A DNA stretch of 64,000 bases. Source: an uncultured bacterium. Its GTDB lineage: Bacteria; Chloroflexota; Limnocylindria; QHBO01. Below are positions 27,345 to 36,600 of this stretch, piece by piece. Under the pieces are notes generated by a model. It did no database searches and had not been told where the DNA came from. It saw only the letters and a list, made by a program, of their open reading frames with translations. The DNA lies in contig CBFGTN010000005.1 in the NCBI GenBank assembly GCA_965652075.1, positions 766 to 64,765 on the forward strand, in the 5' to 3' direction. Within the stretch, counting starts at the first letter, position 1. Each line of letters starts with the position of its first letter. Position numbers and translations under genes: made by a program.

Positions 27345-27421
27345 TGGTCGGGGCGGCCGGATTCGAACCGGCGGCCTCCTGCTCCCAAAGCAGGCGATCT
27401 ACCAGACTGATCTACGCCCCG
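27345..27421 (-). tRNA. tRNA-Pro (anticodon UGG), CCA encoded
   Basis: Reverse complement CGGGGCGTAGATCAGTCTGGTAGATCGCCTGCTTTGGGAGCAGGAGGCCGCCGGTTCGAATCCGGCCGCCCCGACCA. It folds by hand into a cloverleaf: 7-bp acceptor, GATC/GATC D stem, CCTGC/GCAGG anticodon stem with loop TTTGGGA, and GCCGG/CCGGC T stem with TTCGAAT. Confidence 0.9.
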
Positions 27422-27608
27422 CGGCGTTCGCGCTCGCATCGAGCGCCCGACGAAGGTCACCGAGCGTAGCATCCCCGGCCCCGACCTCGCGCAGACGCCG
27501 TCGCTCAGCGGCCACCGACGAACCTGCCGTCACTCCGGCGCGCGCGAGGGGGCTGGCTCGAGCGCCGCTTCGCGGGCTACGCCCGTGATCGCAGCCGGAC
27601 CAGGCGCT

Positions 27609-28799
27609 TCATTCCCTGGATCGCTGCGACGGGCGGATGAGCCGATCGACGACCTCGAGGTAGCGCGCCTTCTGGTGCTCCCAGTCGTAGGCCGCCGCCT
27701 CCCGCTGCGCGGCGAGGCCCATCGCGACGGTGTCCTCCGGATCGGCGGCGAGCTCGACGACGGCGCGGGCCAGGGCGTCCGGGTCTCCACCGGGGACGAA
27801 GCGGACGGCGGCATCGGTGAAGTGGTGGCGCAGCGTGGCGAGGTCGCTGGCGACGGCCGGCACGCCCATCGCCGCGTACTCGAGGAACTTCGTGCTCAGC
27901 GAGTACTGGAGGTACGGCTCGGCAAGCGAGGGGACGAGGCCGATGTCGGCGCCGGCAAGGAGCGCGGGCAGGTCGTCGATGAGGACCCGGCCGTGGAGCG
28001 TGACCCGGCCGGCCGTTCCGGTCTGCTCGATGGCGGCCTCGATCGGCGCGCGCCACGGGCCATCGCCGTACACGTCCAGGCGCCACGGAAGGTCCGCGGG
28101 CAACGTGGCCAGGCCGCGAATCGCGACGTCGAGGCCGTAGATGCGCTGCAGGTTCGAGTGATGGATGAGCCTCAGCGTCCCGTCGGCCATGAACGGCCGC
28201 CGCGCGTGACGTGACGGATCGAAGAGGCGCTGGTCGGCGGAGTTCATCACCACGTCGATCTTCCCGGGCGGCACCCCGCGCGCGATCGACAGCTGTCGCA
28301 GCGGCTCGTGGACGGTGATGAGCTCATCGGCAAGTGCAGCGGACGCGCGCGTGACGCCGTCGACGACGGGCATCAGCGGCCGGAGCAGCGGGGCGCTGAA
28401 TCGGTCGCGGAAGAACTCGGGCATGTCCTCGTGAAGGTCGAGGAGGAGCGGGACGCCCGCGAGCTTCTCGGGCACCGCCGCGAAGCCGAGGAAGTCCGGC
28501 ACGGTCGCGACCTGCACCAGGTCGTAGCGGCGCCGTCGGTGCTCGCGCGCCAGGCGCCAGGTGGCCATCGCGGTGAAGGCGGCGTACTCGGCGAGGTGCC
28601 CGGCGAACCCGGTGAACAGCCGGTTCATCGGCAGGCGGACGATCCGCTCTCGCCGGTTCGTCTCGTCGGCCGTCTCGCCGGGCTGGCGAAGGGCGAAGAC
28701 GTCGACCTCGTGGCCGGCGTCGGTCAGCGCATCGCTCTGGCGTCGGACCCGCGGGTCCCCGGGGTAGATGGCGTGCACGACGATCGCGACACGCGTCAT
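27609..28799 (-). CDS. Glycosyltransferase family 4
   Basis: 396 aa. MTRVAIVVHAIYPGDPRVRRQSDALTDAGHEVDVF N-terminus and STKFLEYAAMGVPAVASD C-terminal motif. Shares ATGA with the mazG stop. Confidence 0.8.
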   Translation of the reverse strand: MTRVAIVVHAIYPGDPRVRRQSDALTDAGHEVDVFALRQPGETADETNRRERIVRLPMNRLFTGFAGHLAEYAAFTAMATWRLAREHRRRRYDLVQVATVPDFLGFAAVPEKLAGVPLLLDLHEDMPEFFRDRFSAPLLRPLMPVVDGVTRASAALADELITVHEPLRQLSIARGVPPGKIDVVMNSADQRLFDPSRHARRPFMADGTLRLIHHSNLQRIYGLDVAIRGLATLPADLPWRLDVYGDGPWRAPIEAAIEQTGTAGRVTLHGRVLIDDLPALLAGADIGLVPSLAEPYLQYSLSTKFLEYAAMGVPAVASDLATLRHHFTDAAVRFVPGGDPDALARAVVELAADPEDTVAMGLAAQREAAAYDWEHQKARYLEVVDRLIRPSQRSRE

Positions 28800-29902
28800 C
28801 CGCCCTTGACCTCGTCCCAGAAGACGTCCTTTTCCTCGAGCGTCAGCGACCCCAGGTCGACGCCGCGCTCGGCCGCGAGGGCTTCGACGCGTCGATAGCG
28901 CGCGAGCCAGCGGTGGTTCGCGGCACGCAGCGCCTCCTCGGGGTCGAGCTTCATCCAGCGCCCGAGGTTCACGAGCGCGAAGAGGACGTCACCGAGCTCG
29001 TGCAGCCGCTCCTCGTCCGACGAGGCCGTACGCAGCTCCTCGAGCTCCTCGCCGACCTTGTCCCAGACGCCCTCGATCGCGTCCCAGTCCCAGCCGAGCG
29101 AGGACGCGCGCTCCTGGATCTCGCGGCTGGCGGGAAGGGCCGGCAGCGCGCGGGCGACGTCGCCGAACGCATCGGTCCTCGCCTTGCCGCGCTCGGCGCG
29201 CTCATCGGCCTTGATCGTCTCCCAGTTCCTGAGGACCTGCTCGACCTCGGTGGCAGTGACGTCCCCGAAGACGTGCGGATGGCGACGGACGATCTTGCCG
29301 GCGATCGAGCGATAGACGTCGGTGAGGTCGAAGTCCCCCTCCTCCGCGGCGAACTGCGCGTGGAGGATGACCTGCAGCAGGAGGTCGCCGAGCTCCTCCG
29401 CCAGGTCCGCCGGCGCGCCGTGCTCGATGGCGTCGACGGTCTCGTACGCCTCCTCGAGGAGGTACGGCCGCAGGCTCAGGTGGGTCTGCTTGCGGTCCCA
29501 TGGACAGCCGTCCGGCGCGCGCAGCCGGGCGCTGATCGCCGCCATGCCGTGCGGGCTCGCGAGGTTGTCGATCGGATCGAGCGGCGGGACGAGCCAGTCG
29601 TCGTCGATCAGGGCCGCCTCGTCGACCGCCTCGAGCGCGAGGGGCTCGTCATCCGACAGGCGCCGCAGGACGTGGCCCGGCGGGTAGAGGGCGGCCAGGA
29701 CGGCGCGCGGCCCGCGTCGCGCGTGGCGGCCCGGCAGGGTGTCGCCGGGCTCCGCGCCGCCCCGCAGGACGAGGAGCGGCAGCGACGGGTCGAAGGCGAC
29801 CGATGGCAGCCGCGTCGCGGCGACCGCCTGCACGCCGTCCCCCGCGTCGATGCCCGCGCGGGCGAGCAGCTCGTCGATGCCGCGCGAGGTGCCCGCGCTC
29901 AT
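28796..29902 (-). CDS. mazG: MazG-family nucleoside triphosphate pyrophosphohydrolase (tandem MazG domains with an N-terminal extension)
   Basis: CPWDRKQTHLSLRPYLLEEAYETVDAIE...EELGDLLLQVILH, and a second copy EELEELRTA...ELGDVLFALVNLGRW. Confidence 0.85.
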   Translation of the reverse strand: MSAGTSRGIDELLARAGIDAGDGVQAVAATRLPSVAFDPSLPLLVLRGGAEPGDTLPGRHARRGPRAVLAALYPPGHVLRRLSDDEPLALEAVDEAALIDDDWLVPPLDPIDNLASPHGMAAISARLRAPDGCPWDRKQTHLSLRPYLLEEAYETVDAIEHGAPADLAEELGDLLLQVILHAQFAAEEGDFDLTDVYRSIAGKIVRRHPHVFGDVTATEVEQVLRNWETIKADERAERGKARTDAFGDVARALPALPASREIQERASSLGWDWDAIEGVWDKVGEELEELRTASSDEERLHELGDVLFALVNLGRWMKLDPEEALRAANHRWLARYRRVEALAAERGVDLGSLTLEEKDVFWDEVKGG

Positions 29903-29905
29903 CGG

Positions 29906-31642
29906 TCAGGCGGGCGTGGTCGCGGGGTCGTACTGCGGATCGCGCCAGGTGTCGACACCGCTGCGCACGACCTCGTCGAGCCAGCGAGCGAAGCCGTTCT
30001 GGTGGATCTCGTCGAGGCGATCCGCGTCGATCTCCTCGCTCTCGCTCGTCTCGAGGAGCCTGTAGATGACGAGCCCGCCCTCCCCGGTGTCGACGACCGG
30101 GCTGATCTCGCCGACCTCATCGAGGGCGAAGACCGCGTCCTCCTGCATCCGTCCGAGCTGGTAGTGCGCCACCCAGCCGAGCTCGCCGCCATCGGCGGCG
30201 GTCTCCGGATCCTCGCTGTACTGGCGCGCCAGGTCGGCGAAGGCGTCGGGATCGTCCTCGAGCTGTGACAGGATGTCCTGGGCCTCGGCCTGCGGGCTCT
30301 CGCGCTCGCCCGTCTTCTGGATGACGTGGTAGCCGAACTGGGTCCTGACGAGGTCGCTGACCTCGCCGACCTCGAGCTCCTCGAGCGCCGCCGCGAACTC
30401 GGGCACGTACGGGGAGCTCTGCGGGTCGGACCAGCCCAGGTCGCCGCCTCGCGCGCCCGAGCCGGTATCGTCGCTGTGCTCAGCGGCGATCTCGTTCCAG
30501 TCGGCGTCCTCCGTCGACACGAGCTCGCGGACCTCCTCCGCCTCTCGGCGCGCGGCCTCCCACTGCTCGTCGGTCGCCTCGTCCTGGTTCTCGAGATCGG
30601 GATCGGGCTGGACGAGGATGTGGCGCGCACGCTCCTGGGGCACGATCTCGCCCTGGACCGGTGCGATGACGATCTGCGCAACCCGTCGTTGGGGTGCCGG
30701 CGAGCGGACGACATCGGTCTCGAAGTGCGCCCGGTAGGCATCGTCGAGGAGGTCGCTGCGGACGTAGTCGCGATACTCCTCGTCACTGACGCCGTTGTCA
30801 TGGAGCAGGCGCACGAGCGGGCCCTCGCCGGTCGCCTCGCGTCGAGCGACGAGCTGGAGCACCGCCGCGCCGCGATCCGTCTCGATCGGTCCGACGAGGT
30901 CTCCGGCCCCCGCATCGGCCAGGGCGTCGAAGTACGCGTCGTACGCGACGTCCCCATCCTCGAACCAGCCGAGGGCGCCGCCGGACTGGGCCGTGAAGTC
31001 GTCGCTCACGTCGGTGGCGACCGCCGAGAACTGCTCGCCGTCCTCGACCCGCTCCTTGGCGGCCTGCGCCGCCTCGACCGCGTCGGCGCGCTGCTCGTCG
31101 GTCGGCTCGCTCTCGGGGTCCGCGTCGTCCGGCAGGGCAGCGATCAGGATCAGGCTGGCCTGGATCCGCTCGCGGAGCGCCAGGCGCGTCGCGACCTCTG
31201 CGTCGACGTCGTCGTCCGAGACGGTCACGTCGAACTCCCCGGCTCGCGACGCGAGCACCTCCCCGTCGACGAGCGACGCGACCGCATCGTTCGTCAGCGT
31301 CGTCGAGCGCTGGTTCAGCTGCTCGACCTGCTGGTTGATGATCGCGTCACGCGGCCCGCCGGCGAGCTGCCCCTGGAGCTCCTGGAGCTCGGCGACGAGC
31401 TCCATCGTGAGGATCGTCTGGCGCGTGTTGAGGTCGCCTCGGTCGAAGCTCGTGCCGGCGACGGCGGCCACCGGACGCTGGTGCGCCTCCCAGTAGAAGT
31501 TCCAGGCCGCGGCCCCGAAGATGCCGATCGCGACCGCGATCGCGATCGCGAAGCCGACGACGATCAGCTGCTGCGTGCGCAGCTCGTCCTGCCAGCGCGG
31601 GCGGTGCCGACGGTCGAGAACGGGTCGGGAGCGAAGGGTCAT
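29906..31642 (-). CDS. Membrane-anchored peptidyl-prolyl isomerase (parvulin/PrsA-SurA-like, multiple PpiC domains)
   Basis: 578 aa. N-terminal TM. The best parvulin block is ARHILV...HSDDTGSGARGGDLGWSDP...VRTQFGYHVIQK. Two more degenerate GGxLGW blocks are present. Confidence 0.8.
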   Translation of the reverse strand: MTLRSRPVLDRRHRPRWQDELRTQQLIVVGFAIAIAVAIGIFGAAAWNFYWEAHQRPVAAVAGTSFDRGDLNTRQTILTMELVAELQELQGQLAGGPRDAIINQQVEQLNQRSTTLTNDAVASLVDGEVLASRAGEFDVTVSDDDVDAEVATRLALRERIQASLILIAALPDDADPESEPTDEQRADAVEAAQAAKERVEDGEQFSAVATDVSDDFTAQSGGALGWFEDGDVAYDAYFDALADAGAGDLVGPIETDRGAAVLQLVARREATGEGPLVRLLHDNGVSDEEYRDYVRSDLLDDAYRAHFETDVVRSPAPQRRVAQIVIAPVQGEIVPQERARHILVQPDPDLENQDEATDEQWEAARREAEEVRELVSTEDADWNEIAAEHSDDTGSGARGGDLGWSDPQSSPYVPEFAAALEELEVGEVSDLVRTQFGYHVIQKTGERESPQAEAQDILSQLEDDPDAFADLARQYSEDPETAADGGELGWVAHYQLGRMQEDAVFALDEVGEISPVVDTGEGGLVIYRLLETSESEEIDADRLDEIHQNGFARWLDEVVRSGVDTWRDPQYDPATTPA

Positions 31643-31742
31643 CCGTATCTGGTCATGCGGCGGCTCGGCGTGCGGCCCTCATCGGCCGCGGGATCGGGCG
31701 AGGCGCCATCCTAGCCCAAGCCGGTTCGGAGTGCAGCGGCGC

Positions 31743-32531
31743 TCATCGACGCCGGAACGGCTCGAGCATCGCGCCCAGGCGCAGGCGCATGACGAGCAGC
31801 ATCGCCTCACGGACGATCGCGCCGGTCATCTTCGAGGAGCCCTCGGTCCGCTCGCGGAAGACGATCGGCACCTGGACGATGCTCGCGCCGCGCCGGTGCG
31901 CCCACCACGTGGTCTCGACCTGGAAGCCGTAGCCCGACCCCGAGGTCTCGCGCAGGCGGATGTCGTCCAGCAGCTCTCGCCTCCACGCCTTGAAGCCACC
32001 GGTGAGGTCGCGATACGGCAGGAGCAGCACGGTGCGCGCGAACAGCGTTCCGCCGCGGCTGATGAGGCGGCGGTACCACGGCCAGCCGACGGTCGTGCCG
32101 CCCGGCATGTACCGCGTGCCCAGCACGAGGTCGGCGTTGCCCATGAGTGGCGCGAGCAGGCGCGGCAGGTCGGCCGGGTCGTGGCTGAAGTCGGCATCCA
32201 TCTGGACCACGGCCTGTGCGTCCCGCCGAGCGAGCACCCAGCGGAACCCATCCCGGTACGCGACGCCCAGGCCCTCCTTCGCTCGCCGGTGGAGCACCGA
32301 GACGCGTTCCTCACGCGCCGCGATCGTGTCCGCCAGCTGGCCGGTGCCATCGGGCGACGAGTCGTCGACGATGAGGAGCGAGCCCTCAGGGAGCGCGCCG
32401 AGGATCGCCTCCGCGATCCGCTCGACGTTGCCGCGCTCGTTGTAGGTGGGAAGGATCACCCACACGCCACGCCCGGCGGCCAGGCCGACGGACGGCAGGC
32501 CGGCCGGCGCGTCAGCGCCCGATGCCGACAT
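31743..32531 (-). CDS. Polyprenol-phosphate mannosyltransferase-like GT2 (Ppm1/DPM1-like)
   Basis: VWVILPTYNERGNVERI...LLIVDDSSPDGTGQLA...RRAKEGLGVAYRDGF. The longest ORF overlaps the upstream dehydrogenase by 20 nt, so the real start may be a few codons downstream. Confidence 0.85.
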   Translation of the reverse strand: MSASGADAPAGLPSVGLAAGRGVWVILPTYNERGNVERIAEAILGALPEGSLLIVDDSSPDGTGQLADTIAAREERVSVLHRRAKEGLGVAYRDGFRWVLARRDAQAVVQMDADFSHDPADLPRLLAPLMGNADLVLGTRYMPGGTTVGWPWYRRLISRGGTLFARTVLLLPYRDLTGGFKAWRRELLDDIRLRETSGSGYGFQVETTWWAHRRGASIVQVPIVFRERTEGSSKMTGAIVREAMLLVMRLRLGAMLEPFRRR

Positions 32532-33789
32532 ACGTCACTCCGGCGCGGTCGAAGACCTGGCGATCGAGCGCATTGCGGCCGTCGACGAAGAGCTCGAGGC
32601 CCGGCAGAGTCGCGGGATCCAACGACCGATACGCCTCGTGGGCGGCCTGGAGGATCGCGACCCGGATGGGCGTCCCGGAGCCGAGGTCATACGGCTCGAA
32701 GCCGTGCTCGCGAAGGTGGTCGCCCGAGAAGTAGGGATCGTGCGCCAGGACCGTGGCGCCCGCGGCGCGCAGCTCGTCGCGCAGCCGGAACGCGGAGCTG
32801 AACGCGTCCTCGTTCACGTCGCCGCGGTAGGCCACGCCCAGCACGAGCACCGGCTGCCCGTCCAGCGAGCCGATGCGGTCCTCGACGGCGTCGACGGCGA
32901 ACCTCGCCATCGACTCGTTGATCTCCCGGGCCGCGGGCGGGAGCCGGAGGTCCGGGTCGCCGTTGAAGAGAAAGTGCGGGTAGACCGGGATGCAGTGGCC
33001 GCCGACGCCGACGCCGGGCTGATGGATGTGGCTGTAGGGCTGCGAGTTCGCGGCACCGATGACCTCGCTCACGTCGATCCCGCGACGCGCGGCGTAGCGC
33101 GCCAGCTCGTTGGCGTAGGCGATGTTCACGTCGCGGTAGGTCGTCTCCGCGAGCTTCGTCATCTCGGCGGTCTCCGCATCGGCGACCGCCCACACCTGGG
33201 TCCCCTCGTCGAGGACGGACCGATAGAACTCGACCGCGCGGCGGGTGCTCTCGGGGCTCGTCCCGCCGACGATCTTCGGGTAGCGCCGGAGGTCGAGGAG
33301 GACGCGGCCGACGAGCACCCGCTCGGGGCTGAAGGCCAGGAACAGGTCCCGATCGAGCTCGAGCCCGCTGCCCTCGGCGAGAACGGGCCCGAACCGGTCG
33401 CGCGTCGTGCCGACCGGCAGCGTCGTCTCGTAGACGACGAGCGTGCCCGGTGAGACGTTGGCGGCGATGTCGCGGGTGGCCGCGTCGATGGGCGCGAAGT
33501 CGATCTGGCGATCCCCGTCGACGACGACCGGGACGATCACGACGATCGCCTCCGCCTCCCGCACGCCGGCCGGATCCGCCCAGGTCGTCGCGCGCAGGCG
33601 GCCCTCCGCAACGAGGCCCGGCACGCGGTCGATCAGGGCCTGCTCGTCGGCATGCGGCGATGCGCCGCCGTTCAGCGTCTCGACGATCCGCTCGTCGACG
33701 TCGACGCCTGTCACCTCGTGCCCGCGCGAGGCGTACTGGACCGCGAGCGGAAGGCCGATGTGCCCGAGCCCGACGACGGCGATCCTCAC
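32512..33789 (-). CDS. UDP-N-acetyl-hexosamine 6-dehydrogenase-like nucleotide-sugar dehydrogenase (WbpA/WecC-type)
   Basis: 425 aa. MRIAVVGLGHIGLPLAVQYASRGHEVTGVDVD, GVGVGGHCIPVYP and VLVLGVAYRGDV blocks. Shares ATGA with the upstream gene stop. Confidence 0.85.
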   Translation of the reverse strand: MRIAVVGLGHIGLPLAVQYASRGHEVTGVDVDERIVETLNGGASPHADEQALIDRVPGLVAEGRLRATTWADPAGVREAEAIVVIVPVVVDGDRQIDFAPIDAATRDIAANVSPGTLVVYETTLPVGTTRDRFGPVLAEGSGLELDRDLFLAFSPERVLVGRVLLDLRRYPKIVGGTSPESTRRAVEFYRSVLDEGTQVWAVADAETAEMTKLAETTYRDVNIAYANELARYAARRGIDVSEVIGAANSQPYSHIHQPGVGVGGHCIPVYPHFLFNGDPDLRLPPAAREINESMARFAVDAVEDRIGSLDGQPVLVLGVAYRGDVNEDAFSSAFRLRDELRAAGATVLAHDPYFSGDHLREHGFEPYDLGSGTPIRVAILQAAHEAYRSLDPATLPGLELFVDGRNALDRQVFDRAGVTYVGIGR

Positions 33790-34835
33790 GCGAGCACCGC
33801 CTCGAGGTCGCGCCCCGCGATGGCGCGACCGGACTGGGCGGACTCGACCATCTTGCGCGCGAGCAGCAGGGCGACAATGGCGTCGTGGGGGTCCACCGGT
33901 GGCGGCCCGCCGTCTCGAACGGCGACCGCGAACTCGCGGAGCTCGACCGCCAGCGGCTCTTCGCGGACGACGTCGCGACGCGTCATCTCGCCCTCGGTGA
34001 CGGTCGTCACGGGCGCCCCGGGATCCGGCGCGCCGGCCGCGTCAGGCGCGGTCGGGTTGGCGTAGAAGACGAGATCCTGGCTGATGTAGTCGGCGACATA
34101 CATGCCCCGCTCGCCGGTGACGGTGAGCACGCGCTGCTTCGTCGGCGTCAGCCAGTTGATGTTCAGCACGCCCAGGACGCCGTTCGCGAACCGGACCGTG
34201 CCGGTGAAAAGGTCCTCGTGCTCGGTGTGGATCCGACGCTCCACCTCGGCGTAGATGCGCACCGGCTCGGCGCCGACGAGGTACCGCATGATGTCGAGGT
34301 CGTGCGGCGCGAGATCGACGACGACCCCGACGTCGCGGATGCGCGCCGGGAAGGGTCCCAGCCGGGTTGCGCTGATCTGGAAGATGCGGCCGAGCTCGCC
34401 GGCCTCGAGCCGGCGGCGCAGCTCGCGGATCGCCGGGTTGAAGCGCTCGATGTGGCCGACGGTCAGCATCCGACCGGCGCTCGCGGCCGCGTCGACCATC
34501 GCCTGGGCCTCCTCGCGCGTCGCCGCGATCGGCTTCTCGACGAGCACGTTCGCGCCCGCACGGATCGCCGCGAGCGTCGCGGGGAGGTGGAGGCTCGTCG
34601 GCGCGACGATGCTGACGAGGTCGAGCTCCTCCTCGGCCAGCATCCGCTCGGCGTCGTCGAAGGCGCGGGCGCGTCGGCCCTTCGTGGCGCGGTCGAGCGC
34701 CGCCGGGTCCGGGTCGGCGACCGCGACGAGCTCGGCATCGGCCACGACCTCGTCCCAGACCCTGACGTGGTTGCGGCCCATCATGCCCAGGCCCACCACG
34801 CCGGCGCGCAGCGGGCCATCGGGTGAGCGCGTCAT
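33786..34835 (-). CDS. Gfo/Idh/MocA-family oxidoreductase (WbpB-like position)
   Basis: Start at MTRSPDGPLRAGVVGLGMMGRNHVRVW (ATG 34835). VLVEKPIA motif. The 143-aa upstream extension in the track is a shadow sequence overlapping wecB. Confidence 0.8.
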   Translation of the reverse strand: MTRSPDGPLRAGVVGLGMMGRNHVRVWDEVVADAELVAVADPDPAALDRATKGRRARAFDDAERMLAEEELDLVSIVAPTSLHLPATLAAIRAGANVLVEKPIAATREEAQAMVDAAASAGRMLTVGHIERFNPAIRELRRRLEAGELGRIFQISATRLGPFPARIRDVGVVVDLAPHDLDIMRYLVGAEPVRIYAEVERRIHTEHEDLFTGTVRFANGVLGVLNINWLTPTKQRVLTVTGERGMYVADYISQDLVFYANPTAPDAAGAPDPGAPVTTVTEGEMTRRDVVREEPLAVELREFAVAVRDGGPPPVDPHDAIVALLLARKMVESAQSGRAIAGRDLEAVLA

Positions 34836-34860
34836 CCTTGCGGGGGGCGGGCGATCGGGA

Positions 34861-35982
34861 TCATTGGACCGCCTCCTCCTGTGGGCCGCGCGCATCCGCA
34901 GCGGCCGCGTCGTGTCGCTCGAGTGCGGCAACGATACGCCGAGCGGCCTCTCCGTCGCCGAACAGCGGCGGCCTCGGACGGTCGCGGTGCATGAAGGCGG
35001 CGTCGGCCAGCGCCGCCGCGAGCGCGGCGGGATCGGCGTCCACGAGCCGGTTCCAGCCGGCCTCGACGGTCTCGACCCACTCGGTCTCGCCGCGCAGCGT
35101 GACGCACGGGACGCCCGACAGGTACGCCTCCTTCTGCACGCCGCCGGAGTCGGTCGCGATCGCCTCCGCGGACGCCTCGAGCGCGACCATCGCCAGGTAC
35201 CCGACCGGTTCGATGGCCACGACGTTCGAGGGCAATGCGATGCCGCCGCGGTCGAGCGCGGCACGCGTCCGCGGGTGGACCGGGAAGATCACCGGCAGCG
35301 ACACGTCGAGGCCGGCGACGATCGTGCGCAGCCGAGCGGGATCGTCCACGTTCTCCGCACGGTGGAGCGTGAGCAGGACGAAGCGCCCGTGCTCGCGCGC
35401 GATCGGTGGGAGGTGGGACTCGGCGCGTGACACCGCCCAGGCGTGGGCGTCGACCATCACGTCCCCGACCAGCTCGGCGCGTGACGCGAGGCCCTCCCTC
35501 GCCAGGTTGTCGATCGCGGCCGGCGTCGGCGCGAGCAGCAGGTCGGCGAGATGGTCGGCGACGACGCGGTTGCGCTCCTCCGGCATGCGCCGGTTGAACG
35601 AGCGAAGCCCGGCCTCGACGTGCGCGAGCCAGGGGCGCCTGCCATCGTCGAGGACGAGCTTCGCGGCGACGACCGCGCCGGCGAGGGTCGAGTTCGTGTC
35701 GCCGTAGACGAGCACGCCATCGGGGCGACCGTCGTGGAGCGCGGGCTCGAGCCGTCGCAGCATCTCCCCGGTCATCGCGCCGTGTCCGCCGCCGCCGACG
35801 TCGAGGTTGAGTGCGGGCTCGTCCATCTCGAGGTCGCGGAAGAAGGCGGCGCTCATGGCGTCGTCGTAGTGCTGGCCGGTGTGGATCACGACCTCGTCGT
35901 GACCGGCCGTGGACAGGGCACGGCTGACCGGTGCGGCCTTCACGAACTGGGGCCGCGCGCCGACGATCGTCGCGACCCTCAC
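34861..35982 (-). CDS. wecB: UDP-N-acetylglucosamine 2-epimerase (non-hydrolysing, WecB/WbpI-like)
   Basis: GTG 35982 (GTGA overlap with the acetyltransferase stop) gives VRVATIVGARPQFVKAAPV...HTGQHYD...VLVYGDTNSTLAGA...DSGGVQKEA. Confidence 0.9.
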   Translation of the reverse strand: MRVATIVGARPQFVKAAPVSRALSTAGHDEVVIHTGQHYDDAMSAAFFRDLEMDEPALNLDVGGGGHGAMTGEMLRRLEPALHDGRPDGVLVYGDTNSTLAGAVVAAKLVLDDGRRPWLAHVEAGLRSFNRRMPEERNRVVADHLADLLLAPTPAAIDNLAREGLASRAELVGDVMVDAHAWAVSRAESHLPPIAREHGRFVLLTLHRAENVDDPARLRTIVAGLDVSLPVIFPVHPRTRAALDRGGIALPSNVVAIEPVGYLAMVALEASAEAIATDSGGVQKEAYLSGVPCVTLRGETEWVETVEAGWNRLVDADPAALAAALADAAFMHRDRPRPPLFGDGEAARRIVAALERHDAAAADARGPQEEAVQ

Positions 35983-36563
35983 GGCGGGAAGGGCGCCCCA
36001 CAGGTCGGGCAGTCGCCGGAGAACGGCCGGCCGTCGACGTCGCGCAGGGGCTGCCCGCATGCGCACGCGCTCCCCAGCCGCCGTGCCGGGTTGCCGACGA
36101 CGAGCTCGTGGTCGGCGACGTCGCGGACGACGACGCTGCCCGCGCCGACCATCGCCCAGCGTCCGACGGTGACGCCCGGGAGGATCGTGCTGTTCGCCCC
36201 GAGCGCCGCGCCCGCACGAACGAGGATCGGCGTGACCTCCCAGTCCTCTTCGCTCTTCGCCGATCCGTCGCGGTTCACGGCGCGGGGGACTCGGTCGTTG
36301 GTGAAGCACACGTGCGGGCCGATGAACGCGCCGTCCTCGATCGTGACGCCGCGAAACACGCTGACGTTGTTCTGGATCTTCACGCGGTCGCCGATGACGA
36401 CGCCCGCGTCGACGTACACGTTCTTGCCGATCACGCAGCCGGCGCCGATCCGAGCGTGCTCACGCACCTGGACCTGGTTCCAGATGCTGGTGCCGGGACC
36501 GATGACCGCGTCGGGCGACACCTCGGCGGTCGGGTGCACGCGCACCCCCGCACGCTCGACCAT
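35979..36563 (-). CDS. Left-handed beta-helix (hexapeptide-repeat) N-acetyltransferase (WbpD-like) with a CxC...CxxC tail
   Basis: Start MVERAGVRVHPTAEVSPDAVIGPGTSIWNQVQV, preceded by GAAGGAG with a 5-nt spacer. Hexapeptide repeats throughout. The C-terminus is SACACGQPL...GDCPTCGAPF. Confidence 0.8.
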   Translation of the reverse strand: MVERAGVRVHPTAEVSPDAVIGPGTSIWNQVQVREHARIGAGCVIGKNVYVDAGVVIGDRVKIQNNVSVFRGVTIEDGAFIGPHVCFTNDRVPRAVNRDGSAKSEEDWEVTPILVRAGAALGANSTILPGVTVGRWAMVGAGSVVVRDVADHELVVGNPARRLGSACACGQPLRDVDGRPFSGDCPTCGAPFPP

Positions 36564-36586
36564 CTGCTCTCCTTCGGGGAGGCCAC

Positions 36587-36592
36587 ATTCTA
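36587..36592 (-). promoter_or_regulatory. Candidate -10 box TAGAAT for the wbp-like operon
   Basis: Minus strand reads ...ACCCGGGCACGACCCGGGCACGgctcggccTAGAATgtggcctccccGAAGGAGagcagATG. The hexamer is AT-rich in an otherwise GC-rich gap, with proper spacing to the SD and ATG (36563). Confidence 0.4.
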
Positions 36593-36600
36593 GGCCGAGC

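Noticed and set aside
27345-27608. tRNA-Pro as a possible genomic-island or phage integration site.
   Set aside because: There is no integrase, recombinase, transposase or direct repeat of the tRNA 3' half nearby. The flanking genes on both sides belong to the same cell-envelope theme.
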